Below the pieces are notes generated by a model. It was not told the origin of the DNA. It ran no database searches and saw only the letters and a program-made list of their open reading frames with translations. Positions 32,590 to 40,743 of a DNA stretch of 52,487 nucleotides are shown here, piece after piece. The position numbers and the translations under genes were made by a program. The DNA is from Alphaproteobacteria bacterium (GTDB lineage: Bacteria; Pseudomonadota; Alphaproteobacteria; Rickettsiales; SXRF01): the NCBI GenBank assembly GCA_013288305.1, contig JABDCD010000004.1:1-52487 (forward strand), written 5' to 3'. Position 1 is the stretch's first letter, and each line of letters begins with the position of its first letter.

Positions 32590-33771
32590 CTATCTGGTCT
32601 GTATATCGGCCTGCAGCGCGCCGGCCGATTTGATCGTCTGCAAAATGGTGATGAGGTCGCGCGGGGTGACGCCCAGCGCGTTCAGCCCTGCCACCAGGTC
32701 TTTCAGCGTCGCGCCATGCTGCATCACTGCCATGCGCTTGCCGGGACCGGTTTCTTCGACGCTGACGTTTGTTTGCTGCGTTACCACCGTTTGTGCGCTG
32801 TCGGGCGCCAGCGGGTTAGGCTGCGACACCACCGGCGTCTGCTCGATCTTGACGACGAGGTTGCCCTGCGCCACCGCTACCGTGTCGATGCGCACGTTCT
32901 CGCCCATGACGATGGTGCCCGACGCCTCGTCGATGACGATCTTGGCCACCTGATCGGTGGCGACCGGCAGTTTTTCGATGTCGGCCAGCAGCTGCGTCAC
33001 GTTATTGTGGTAGGCCGCCGGTATGGCCAGGACGACGGTGCCCGGATCGGATACGGTGGCTAGCCCCGGCCCGACCTGCTCGTTGATGACGTTGGCGATT
33101 TCCTGCGCCGTCGATATGTCGGGATTGCGCAGCGCCATTTTCAGTTCGGACAGGCTATTCAGCGCGAAATTGATTTCTTTTTCGACCATGCCACCGTCGG
33201 CGATAAAGCCTGAGGTCGGCACGCCCTTGGTGATGGTGACGCCGGCCGCGTCGCTTCCTGCCTTGAAGCCGCCGATGGAGATCGATCCTTGCGCCACGGC
33301 ATAGACTTCATTGTCGGCGCCGTACATCGATGTTGCCAGCAGCGTGCCGCCGGTTAAATCCTTGGCATCGCCCATGGCGCTGACGGTGACGTCGATTTTT
33401 CCGCCGGTGCGGGCGAAGGGCGGCAGCATGGCCGTCACGGTGACGGCGGCGACGTTCTTGGTTTTAAGCGAGGTGCCGCGCGTATTGACGCCCTGGCGTT
33501 CCAGGAAGGCGATCAGGCTCTGCTCGGTAAACGCGTTATTGGTGAGCTTATCGCCGGTGCCGTTTAAACCCACCACCAGCCCGTAGCCCATCAGCATGTT
33601 CGGACGTATGCCCTCGAAACTGACGATGTCCTTGATGCGCGCCTCGGCATGGGCGCTGCTGGGGAAGGACAGCAGGTAGCTCCATAATATCAGCGTGAAC
33701 AGCACGGTCAGGCAAATGAACCGGCCGGCTATGGCCGTTACGATAACGGTGGCGTTGCGCTGCGGCGTCAT
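32590..33771 (-). CDS. flgI: Flagellar P-ring protein FlgI
   Basis: 393 aa with a signal peptide. ARIKDIVSFEGIRPNMLMGYGLVVGLNGTGDK...SLIAFLERQGVNTRG... is the canonical FlgI sequence. Confidence 0.95.
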   Translation of the reverse strand: MTPQRNATVIVTAIAGRFICLTVLFTLILWSYLLSFPSSAHAEARIKDIVSFEGIRPNMLMGYGLVVGLNGTGDKLTNNAFTEQSLIAFLERQGVNTRGTSLKTKNVAAVTVTAMLPPFARTGGKIDVTVSAMGDAKDLTGGTLLATSMYGADNEVYAVAQGSISIGGFKAGSDAAGVTITKGVPTSGFIADGGMVEKEINFALNSLSELKMALRNPDISTAQEIANVINEQVGPGLATVSDPGTVVLAIPAAYHNNVTQLLADIEKLPVATDQVAKIVIDEASGTIVMGENVRIDTVAVAQGNLVVKIEQTPVVSQPNPLAPDSAQTVVTQQTNVSVEETGPGKRMAVMQHGATLKDLVAGLNALGVTPRDLITILQTIKSAGALQADIQTR

Positions 33772-33803
33772 AAGCGTCCCTTTATTATTTCACTCTATTT
33801 AGT

Positions 33804-33819
33804 AGCGATTCCCGTGCCA
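33804..33819 (-). promoter_or_regulatory. Sigma54 (-24/-12) promoter upstream of the flgI operon
   Basis: The minus strand reads TGGCACGGGAATCGCT (TGGCACG-N4-TCGC). The -12 element is ~33 nt upstream of the flgI ATG (33771). Confidence 0.7.
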
Positions 33820-33989
33820 CGCCGGACAGCTTGTCAAATATCAGCTATTACAACAGCTTGTTATGCTTTCACCGCTTTCGCTGCGGGGCGGTGGATTCAT
33901 GCGGCATCGTGACCGGGCATTTTTTGCCCCCTGCTTTATTTACCCGCTATTAAACCGTATTATGGTAATATGGTAAAAGAGAGTCTGGT

Positions 33990-34445
33990 ATGAATGAAAT
34001 TACGAAAGTCAGCGGTTACGGTTCGATCGGCGGCGCCGGCGCTATTAAAAAACGCGGAGAGGCCTCGCCGGCGGGGAATTTTGCCGATCTGCTGGCGGCG
34101 TCCGGGGCGGAGGAATCGGGAGCGGTTTCGGCGACGGGCGATGTCGCTGCCGCTGCGCTTTCCAATTTATTGGCGCTGCAGGAAATCTCGGAAGAAGACA
34201 TCCAGCGCCGCAAGCTGGTGCAGCAGGGTAAAACCATGCTCGAAGTGTTGGAGAATCTGCGCCGGCAGTTGCTGATCGGCACGCTGCCGCCGCATCTCCT
34301 GCAGGATTTGAACCGCCAGCTTTCTTTGCACAGGCAAAAGACCGCCGATCCGCAGCTTAACGCGCTGATCGAGGATATCGAGCTTCGCGCCGCCGTCGAA
34401 CTGGCCAAGCTCGAAATGGCGACAAAAGGGGCGGAGGCATCGTAA
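33990..34445 (+). CDS. fliX: Flagellar assembly/regulatory protein FliX
   Basis: 151 aa. The low-complexity N-terminus, LLALQE...RRK...L..L..L...LL.G.L segment and C-terminal DPQLNALIEDIELRAAVELAKLE fit the FliX family. It is divergent from flgI, as in Caulobacter. Confidence 0.65.
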   Translation: MNEITKVSGYGSIGGAGAIKKRGEASPAGNFADLLAASGAEESGAVSATGDVAAAALSNLLALQEISEEDIQRRKLVQQGKTMLEVLENLRRQLLIGTLPPHLLQDLNRQLSLHRQKTADPQLNALIEDIELRAAVELAKLEMATKGAEAS

Positions 34446-34546
34446 ATACTTTCTTAAGGAAATAATGCCATGATCGCACGTAAAATTTCCGGTTGCGATT
34501 GCGAGTAGAGGAAGTCATAGAATAGCAGTAACGTTTTGTAATAGTC

Positions 34547-35377
34547 ATGACCATCAAGAAACCACATACCGTTTATCTGCCGCTGCCGGGAAAGCAATGG
34601 CTGGGGCGCGCCGGCGTGGCGCTGATGGTGACGTTTGCGCTGACGCTGTTGATGATGAGCAAGGCCAATAATCCGGCGGCGCAGCGCCTGCGCACCAACA
34701 TTACCGATATGGCGGCGCCGGTGTTGGCGGTGGCGAGCAGCCCGATGGACGCGCTCTATAATGCCGGGATGTGGCTCACGGATATGTCGCAGTTGCGCGA
34801 GCAAAATGTTTTTTTGAAAAACCAGAATATCGAATTGCTGCAATGGCAGTCGGCGGCCAAGGAAATGGAGGCCGAGAACCGTTCGCTGCGCAGTCTGCTC
34901 AACGTCGTGCCGCCGAAAAAGAACAGCTACATCACGGCGCGCATCGTCTCCGACCTCGGCGGCCCTTACGTGCATTCGGCGCTGGTAGGCGGCGGCAGCG
35001 CGCAGGGCATTAAAAAAGACGAGGCGGTCACCAATGAAAACGGGCTGATCGGCCGCGTCATCGACGTGGGGGCGGCCAGCGCGCGCGTGCTGTTGCTTTC
35101 CGACATCAATTCGCGCGTGCCGGTAGTCACCGAGCATTCGCAGGAAAAAAGCATTCTCGCCGGCAACAACAGCGAGTGGCCGACGTTGTCGTATCTGGCC
35201 GTGGGTAGCAAGGTCGTCGTCGGCGAACGCGTCGTTACTTCGGGCGACGGCGGCATTTTCCCGCCGGGGATACCGGTGGGCGTCGTCACTGCCGTCGAAG
35301 CAGGAGAAGTCCGCGTGCAGCCGTTTGCCGATGCGGCGAAAGCGGAGTATGTAAGTATTATAGACTATGCGTTTTAG
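34547..35377 (+). CDS. mreC: Rod shape-determining protein MreC
   Basis: 276 aa with an N-terminal TM segment and a coiled-coil (LREQNVFLKNQNIELLQWQSAAKEMEAENRSLRSLL). Beta-domain motifs include GIKKDEAVTNENGLIGRVIDVGAASARVLLLSDINSRVPV and GIFPPGIPVG. Confidence 0.9.
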   Translation: MTIKKPHTVYLPLPGKQWLGRAGVALMVTFALTLLMMSKANNPAAQRLRTNITDMAAPVLAVASSPMDALYNAGMWLTDMSQLREQNVFLKNQNIELLQWQSAAKEMEAENRSLRSLLNVVPPKKNSYITARIVSDLGGPYVHSALVGGGSAQGIKKDEAVTNENGLIGRVIDVGAASARVLLLSDINSRVPVVTEHSQEKSILAGNNSEWPTLSYLAVGSKVVVGERVVTSGDGGIFPPGIPVGVVTAVEAGEVRVQPFADAAKAEYVSIIDYAF

Positions 35378-35385
35378 AGCGACCC

Positions 35386-35919
35386 TTGATTCCCGCCGCG
35401 CGCAGGCTTGAACTGTTGTTTCTGGCGGCGTTGCCCGGCCTCATCGCCACGGCTCTGGCGATTTTTTCCCTTTCGTGCAAACATATCAGCGGCCTCAGCC
35501 ACTTCATGCCGGCGCTGCCGCTGATACCGATATTTTACTGGGGGCTGACGCATAGCCGCGACATGCCGTACTGGTTCGTCTTCGCGCTGGGGCTGGTGAC
35601 GGATGCCGTCACCGGGCTCAATCTCGGCCTGTCGTCGTTATTGTATATGTTGTTCCTGAAGCTGCTGCATATGCAGCGCCGCTACATCCACAAGGAAGGC
35701 TTCATCGTCAAATGGATGTATTTCGCCGCGCTGCTGGCCGTAACCGACTTTCTGGGCGGCATCGCGCAGTCGTTTTTCAGCCCCGGCTCCGTGCATTTCG
35801 GCCCGGCGTTCCTGCAGTGGCTGCTCACCGTCTGCTTCTACCCCGTCCTGCATAAGGCCTTCGACGGGCTGGACGACTATATCCACTCGCGGAGGTGGCA
35901 GATTCTCCACGGGGGGTAG
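35386..35919 (+). CDS. mreD: Rod shape-determining protein MreD
   Basis: 177 aa, polytopic and hydrophobic. Position is between mreC and mrdA. It uses a TTG start at 35386. Confidence 0.7.
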   Translation: MIPAARRLELLFLAALPGLIATALAIFSLSCKHISGLSHFMPALPLIPIFYWGLTHSRDMPYWFVFALGLVTDAVTGLNLGLSSLLYMLFLKLLHMQRRYIHKEGFIVKWMYFAALLAVTDFLGGIAQSFFSPGSVHFGPAFLQWLLTVCFYPVLHKAFDGLDDYIHSRRWQILHGG

Positions 35920-35999
35920 GGTATAGGGGTTAGTGGACATTGCTGTTTTTATGTAATTCACTATACCCTATACCCTAATCACTATACCCTGACTTACCC
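35911..35999. repeat. TAGGG/CCCTA-type palindromic intercistronic element (copy A)
   Basis: The G-rich arm GGGTATAGGGGTTAGTG (35919..35935) pairs 15/17 with CACTATACCCTATACCC (35959..35975). A second CACTATACCCT lies at 35980..35990. The element spans from the mreD stop to the mrdA ATG. Confidence 0.75.
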
Positions 36000-37808
36000 A
36001 TGCCCAAGGAAAACGAAAAACAGCGCATCTTCACGCGGCGGGCCGTATTGTTCGGCGGGTTGCAGCTGGCGGCGTTTTCGGCGCTGGCAGGAAGGCTCTT
36101 TCAGTTGCAGTTCCTGCGGGAAAACGAATACGCTACCCTGTCCGAAAACAACCGCATCAAGCTGCAACTGATCGCTCCCGAGCGCGGGCACATCCTCGAT
36201 CGCTGGGGACAGCCGCTGGCGCTCAATGAAAAAAACTACCGGCTGTTTCTCGATTACAGTTCCCTGAATCAGCAGACGCTGCGCGCCAGCCTGCAAAAGC
36301 TGAACGCGCTGGTGCCGCTGCCGGAGAAAAAATTGAAAGCATTGGAGCATGTGCGCGCTTCGGCGGCAGCGATGCCGGAAATGCTGAAGGAACATCTGAC
36401 GTGGGAGGAAGTGTCGCTGGTGGAACTGCACCTGCTGGAGCTGGCGGGCATCTCCATCGATAGCGGGCAGATCCGGCATTATCCGTTTGCCGAGAAAGCG
36501 GCGCACCTGGCCGGTTATGTCGGCACGGTGTCGGAAGACGAAATCACCGATGACAGCCAGCCGTTGCTGCGCCTTCCCGAATTCAAGATCGGCAAGAACG
36601 GCGTCGAGAAAATGCTCGAAGACCGGCTGCGCGGCACCGCTGGCATCCGCCAGATGGAAGTCAACGTGCACGGCGTGCCGGTGCGCGAGGTCAGCAAGAA
36701 GGACAGTATCCCCGGCGAGACGGTGTCGCTTACCATCGACAGCAGGCTGCAGGAATACGCTGCCGGGCTGGTCGCCGCGGAAAGCGCGTCGGTGGTGGTG
36801 ATGGAGGTTGATACCGGGAATATACTGGCGCTGGTATCGATGCCCGCTTTCGATCCCGATATTTTCAGCAAAGGCATCGCCGCCGATTACTGGAAAATCC
36901 TGAGCACCGACAAGAAAAGCCCGCTGCTCGATAAATCGATTGCCGGGCAATATCCGCCCGGCTCGACGTTCAAGATGATGGTGGGGCTGGCCGGGCTGGA
37001 TGAAGGGGTCATCGAGCCGTCGTCGACGGTGTATTGCCCCGGCCAATTTTTCCTGGGCGATCACAAATTCAATTGCTGGAAGCAAGGCGGCCACGGCAGC
37101 GTGCGTTTCCACGAGGCGATACAGCAATCGTGCGACACGTTTTTTTATACGGTGGCCGAGCGGCTGGGCATCGACGCCTATGCCCAGATGGCGCGGCGCT
37201 TCGGCCTGGGGCATGTGCACGGGCTGGGATTGGAGGGCGAGAAACCCGGCATCATTCCCGATCCGGAATGGAAAATGAAACATACCAAGCAGCGCTGGAG
37301 CGGCGGCGATACCATCAACTGCGCCATCGGACAGGGCTTTGTGCTGGCGACGCCGCTGCAATTGGCGGTGATGGCGGCGCGCATCGCCGGCGGCACGGCG
37401 GTCAAGCCGCGCCTGCTCGTTGCCAAGGGCGAGGAGAATCCGGTCTTCGAGCCGGTCGGCGTCAAAAGCGAGTTGCTGCAGCTCACGCGCGAGGCGATGA
37501 TTGCCGTGGTCAACGAGCCAGGCGGCACCGCCTACGGCAAGCGCATCATGGAGCCGAGATTCGCCTTCGCCGGAAAGACCGGCACGTCGCAGGTGCGCCA
37601 TCTTATCCGCGAGGGCATGAACCAGAATCTGCTGCCGTGGGAATTCCGCCATCACGCGCTGTTCGTCGGCTTCGCCCCCGCCGACGCGCCCAAATACGCC
37701 TGCTGCGTCGCCATCGAGCATGGCGGCGGCGGCGCGGCGACGGCGGCGCCGGTGGCGCGGGACGTGCTATTGAAAATTCAGCAGCTGGACGAGGAAAAAA
37801 AGGCGTAG
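36000..37808 (+). CDS. mrdA: Penicillin-binding protein 2 (elongasome transpeptidase)
   Basis: 602 aa with an N-terminal anchor. Motifs include RGHILDRWGQPLA, the active site GSTFK and KTGTSQV. Confidence 0.95.
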   Translation: MPKENEKQRIFTRRAVLFGGLQLAAFSALAGRLFQLQFLRENEYATLSENNRIKLQLIAPERGHILDRWGQPLALNEKNYRLFLDYSSLNQQTLRASLQKLNALVPLPEKKLKALEHVRASAAAMPEMLKEHLTWEEVSLVELHLLELAGISIDSGQIRHYPFAEKAAHLAGYVGTVSEDEITDDSQPLLRLPEFKIGKNGVEKMLEDRLRGTAGIRQMEVNVHGVPVREVSKKDSIPGETVSLTIDSRLQEYAAGLVAAESASVVVMEVDTGNILALVSMPAFDPDIFSKGIAADYWKILSTDKKSPLLDKSIAGQYPPGSTFKMMVGLAGLDEGVIEPSSTVYCPGQFFLGDHKFNCWKQGGHGSVRFHEAIQQSCDTFFYTVAERLGIDAYAQMARRFGLGHVHGLGLEGEKPGIIPDPEWKMKHTKQRWSGGDTINCAIGQGFVLATPLQLAVMAARIAGGTAVKPRLLVAKGEENPVFEPVGVKSELLQLTREAMIAVVNEPGGTAYGKRIMEPRFAFAGKTGTSQVRHLIREGMNQNLLPWEFRHHALFVGFAPADAPKYACCVAIEHGGGGAATAAPVARDVLLKIQQLDEEKKA

Positions 37809-37907
37809 CGGCTTGGTTTTTAATGTTTTTTTATGGAAACCGGCGATTATGCTTGCATCTGCTTCCGGTTTGGGCTATTAAGCCCCTCCCAAATAAAGGA
37901 TTAGCCT

Positions 37908-38252
37908 ATGAAACAGGATATTCATCCCGATTACCATAAAATCACCGTCGTCATGACCGACGGCAGCAAATACGACACGCACTCGACCTGGGGCAAAGAG
38001 GGCGACGTGCTGCAGCTCGACGTCGATCCGAAAACGCATCCGGCGTGGGTCGGCGGCGTAAACTTACGCAAAACCGGCCAGATGGAAAAGTTCCAGAACA
38101 AATTCAAGGATTTCGGCGTCGCTTCCAGCAAGAAAGCCGCGCCTGCCGAAGCGCCTAAGAAAAAGGAAGCCAAGGCAGCCGCCCCCAAAGATGTTGCTCC
38201 GAAAAAAGAAGAGGCGGTTGCCGCGCCTGAGGCTGAAAAGAAAGAAGAATAA
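37908..38252 (+). CDS. rpmE: 50S ribosomal protein L31 with Lys/Ala/Pro/Glu-rich C-terminal extension
   Basis: [50 protein letters not shown] is a canonical L31 core without a CxxC motif. A further ~40 aa of AKP/E-rich tail follows. Confidence 0.9.
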   Translation: MKQDIHPDYHKITVVMTDGSKYDTHSTWGKEGDVLQLDVDPKTHPAWVGGVNLRKTGQMEKFQNKFKDFGVASSKKAAPAEAPKKKEAKAAAPKDVAPKKEEAVAAPEAEKKEE

Positions 38253-38279
38253 TCACAAGAATTGGTTTTTTGTAACGAA

Positions 38280-38306
38280 GGCGGGCAGCAATGCCCGCCT
38301 TTTTTT
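38280..38306 (+). terminator. Rho-independent terminator of rpmE
   Basis: GGCGGGCA-gcaa-TGCCCGCC is a perfect 8-bp GC-rich stem followed by TTTTTTT, 28 nt after the rpmE stop. Confidence 0.85.
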
Positions 38307-38331
38307 ATCCGCTACGCGAAGCGTGGCGGAT
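38307..38331. repeat. Palindromic element ATCCGCTACGCGAAGCGTGGCGGAT (variant with GCGAAGC core)
   Basis: It has nested stems ATCCGC/GCGGAT and ACGC-GAA-GCGT. The ACGCGAAGCGT core is shared with the element at 7254..7285. Confidence 0.55.
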
Positions 38332-38408
38332 TGTGCACCGGTATCTGGGTTTGTTATGTTATAACATTTCTCTTTACAGGCGCCGCATGGCGGGATATGG
38401 TCGTCGGC

Positions 38409-39047
38409 ATGTTGAGCATTTCGAATATCGCGCTGGGATATGGTGACAAACCGGTGCTGCAACTCACCGGACTGGAGCTGCCGAAGGGTGGGCAATGCCT
38501 GATTACCGGCGCATCGGGTAGCGGCAAGACGACGCTGCTTTACGCCATTGCCGGGCTGATTTCGGTGATGAGCGGAAAAATGATGGTCGGGGGTGCCGAC
38601 ATTGGCAAGCTTTCGGAAGCTGAGCGCGATCATTTCCGCGGGCAACATATCGGCATGATTTTTCAGACGTTGCATCTGGTGAAATCGCTTACTGTATTGG
38701 ATAATTTGTTGCTCGCCTCGTATCTTGCCGGTGTGCCGCCGCAGCATCAACGCGCTTCCGAAGTGCTGAAAAAACTCGACATCCATGACAAGCGGGACGA
38801 ATTGCCGGAGCGCCTGAGCCAGGGGCAGGCGCAGCGCGTCGCCATCGCCCGCGCCGTGCTGCACCGCCCGGCATTGATACTGGCCGATGAGCCGACCTCC
38901 AGCCTCGACGATTCCGCCTGCGAAACGGTTATCAATCTTATTAAGGAGGTGGCGCAGGATACCGGGGCGGCGCTGGTGATTTCGACGCATGACAGTCGCG
39001 TGAAATCTCATTTCGGCAACGTAATCAATTTGGGGGATGGACGATGA
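38409..39047 (+). CDS. ABC transporter ATP-binding protein (MacB/LolD/FtsE-like)
   Basis: Walker A GASGSGKTT, Q-loop, signature LSQGQAQRVAIARA and Walker B ILADEPTSSLD. The start is ATG 38409 or 38397. The upstream part of ORF 38262.. covers the terminator and is not credible. Confidence 0.85.
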   Translation: MLSISNIALGYGDKPVLQLTGLELPKGGQCLITGASGSGKTTLLYAIAGLISVMSGKMMVGGADIGKLSEAERDHFRGQHIGMIFQTLHLVKSLTVLDNLLLASYLAGVPPQHQRASEVLKKLDIHDKRDELPERLSQGQAQRVAIARAVLHRPALILADEPTSSLDDSACETVINLIKEVAQDTGAALVISTHDSRVKSHFGNVINLGDGR

Positions 39048-40255
39048 ACACCCTCAAGCTCAGCGTTGCCAATCTCCGTTTCCGCGCGCTTGCCAGTTTT
39101 TTCAATGTGCTGATTTTGGCGCTGGGCATCGCTGCCATCGTCACGCTGCTGCATCTCAGCCGGCAAATCGAACAACGCTTCACCCGCGACCTTCAGGGCA
39201 TCGATCTCGTCGTCGGCGCCAAGGGCAGCCCGATTCAACTCATTCTCTCCAGCGTATTCCACCTCGATATTCCCAACGGCAATATCCCGCTGGCCGAAGC
39301 GGAAAAACTTGAAGCCAATCCGCTCATCCAGTCGGCAATCCCGATTGCGCTCGGCGATAATTATAACGGCTTCCGCATTGTCGGAACCACGCATGACTAT
39401 ATCGATCATTACGGCGGCAAACTGGCTGAGGGCAGGCTTTACGAGGTGCAGATGGAAGCAGTGCTGGGTAGCGAAGTCGTGCGAAAAAACCAGCTAAAGC
39501 TCAATGATAAAATTATCGGCGCGCACGGGTTAGCAAACAGCGACGATCTGCATACCGATTTTCCGTATACCATCGTCGGCATATTGCAACCGACGGGAAC
39601 GGTGCTCGACCGGCTGGTGCTGACGCCGGTGGAAAGCGTGTGGCACGTGCACGAGCATCCCGATGCGGACGATCCGGAAGAAGTTGCGTATAAAAAAGCG
39701 CATCCGGAAAAGGAAATCACCTCGCTGTTGATCAGCTATAAAACGCCGATGGCGGCGGTGGTGCTGCCGCGGCTGGTTGACAAAACCAGCTCGATGCAGG
39801 CTGCGAGTCCTGCCTTCGAGACGGCGCGGCTGCTGAAAATTCTTGGTATCGGCAGCGATGCCATCGAATTATTCGCCGGCATGCTGGTCGCCATCGCCGC
39901 CAGCGGGTTTTTTGTGACGCTATGGAGCGCCGTCAACGACCGGCGCTACGACATCGCCCTGATGCGCAGCCTGGGTGCGACACGGGGAAAAATATTCGCG
40001 CTTGTGCTGGCTGAGGGGCTGACGCTGGGCGCGCTCGGCACGGCGCTCGGCCTGCTGCTTGGGCATGGCTTCGCCTGCCTGGCGCAAAGCTGGATCGAGC
40101 GGACGCGGCACATGGCGCTTGGCGCCGTCGGGTTTCATCCGTATGAAATCTATGTCGTGCTGATTGCGCTTGCCATCAGCGCCGTTGCCGCCATACTTCC
40201 GGGCATGATGGCTTACCGCGTGAACGTCGCGAAAGTGTTGTCCAAAGGCTCATGA
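39044..40255 (+). CDS. ABC transporter permease, FtsX-like (MacB-type)
   Basis: 403 aa with an N-terminal TM, a large periplasmic loop and a C-terminal FtsX-type 3-TM bundle (RRYDIALMRSLGATRGKIFALVLAEG). ATGA overlap with the ATPase gene. Confidence 0.8.
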   Translation: MNTLKLSVANLRFRALASFFNVLILALGIAAIVTLLHLSRQIEQRFTRDLQGIDLVVGAKGSPIQLILSSVFHLDIPNGNIPLAEAEKLEANPLIQSAIPIALGDNYNGFRIVGTTHDYIDHYGGKLAEGRLYEVQMEAVLGSEVVRKNQLKLNDKIIGAHGLANSDDLHTDFPYTIVGILQPTGTVLDRLVLTPVESVWHVHEHPDADDPEEVAYKKAHPEKEITSLLISYKTPMAAVVLPRLVDKTSSMQAASPAFETARLLKILGIGSDAIELFAGMLVAIAASGFFVTLWSAVNDRRYDIALMRSLGATRGKIFALVLAEGLTLGALGTALGLLLGHGFACLAQSWIERTRHMALGAVGFHPYEIYVVLIALAISAVAAILPGMMAYRVNVAKVLSKGS

Positions 40256-40743
40256 ACACTACAAGAATTATTTTTATTTCGTTGGCGTTGCTGGCGCTGT
40301 GCGGCTTTACCGCCGAGCAGGCGCCGAAGTCGATCTCGCAGCCGGCGGATGAGCGCAAGGCGCAGGAAGCCTTGCCGAAATCGCGCGACCCGATGTGGAA
40401 GATTCTCGGCAAAACGCAGATTCATCTTGATGAGAAACAGGGTCTCTACAGCGCGACGTTTCCCGATGAGGTGAAAGCATTGGTCGGCAAGGAAGTGACC
40501 ATCAGCGGTTTCATGCTGCCGCTCGAAGCGACGGAAAAATTCCAGCATTTCATCATTTCCAAGCGCACGCCGACCTGCCCGTTCTGCCCGCCGGGCGAGC
40601 CGAACGAAATCGCCGATGTCTGGGTGGAAAAACCGGTGGCGTGGAGCGAGGATGTGGTCAAGGTCAGCGGCGTTTTCGGGCTGATGGACAATCCACAGCT
40701 GGGATTGTTTTTCAAAATCACCAAAGCCAAGCTTCTTAATTGA
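40252..40743 (+). CDS. DUF3299-like exported protein associated with the ABC/FtsX pair
   Basis: 163 aa with the signal peptide MNTTRIIFISLALLALCG. VTISGFMLPLEATEKFQHFIISKRTPTCPFCPPGEPNEI resembles the DUF3299 family. It overlaps the permease stop. Confidence 0.6.
   Translation: MNTTRIIFISLALLALCGFTAEQAPKSISQPADERKAQEALPKSRDPMWKILGKTQIHLDEKQGLYSATFPDEVKALVGKEVTISGFMLPLEATEKFQHFIISKRTPTCPFCPPGEPNEIADVWVEKPVAWSEDVVKVSGVFGLMDNPQLGLFFKITKAKLLN

Noticed and set aside
33950-33964. CtrA box in the fliX promoter (TTAA-ACCGTAT-TATG)
   Set aside because: Only the first half-site matches TTAA-N7-TTAA(C). The second half reads TATG.
34454-35137. 227-aa minus-strand ORF
   Set aside because: It is antisense to mreC. 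The product is Arg/His/Gln-rich and nonsense-like.
35994-37721. 575-aa minus-strand ORF
   Set aside because: It is antisense to mrdA, which has unambiguous PBP2 motifs (STFK, KTGT). The product is Arg/His/Ala-rich low complexity, typical of GC-rich antisense frames.
38253-39011. 252-aa minus-strand ORF
   Set aside because: It is antisense to the ABC ATPase gene (Walker A/B and signature present on the plus strand) and runs through the rpmE terminator.
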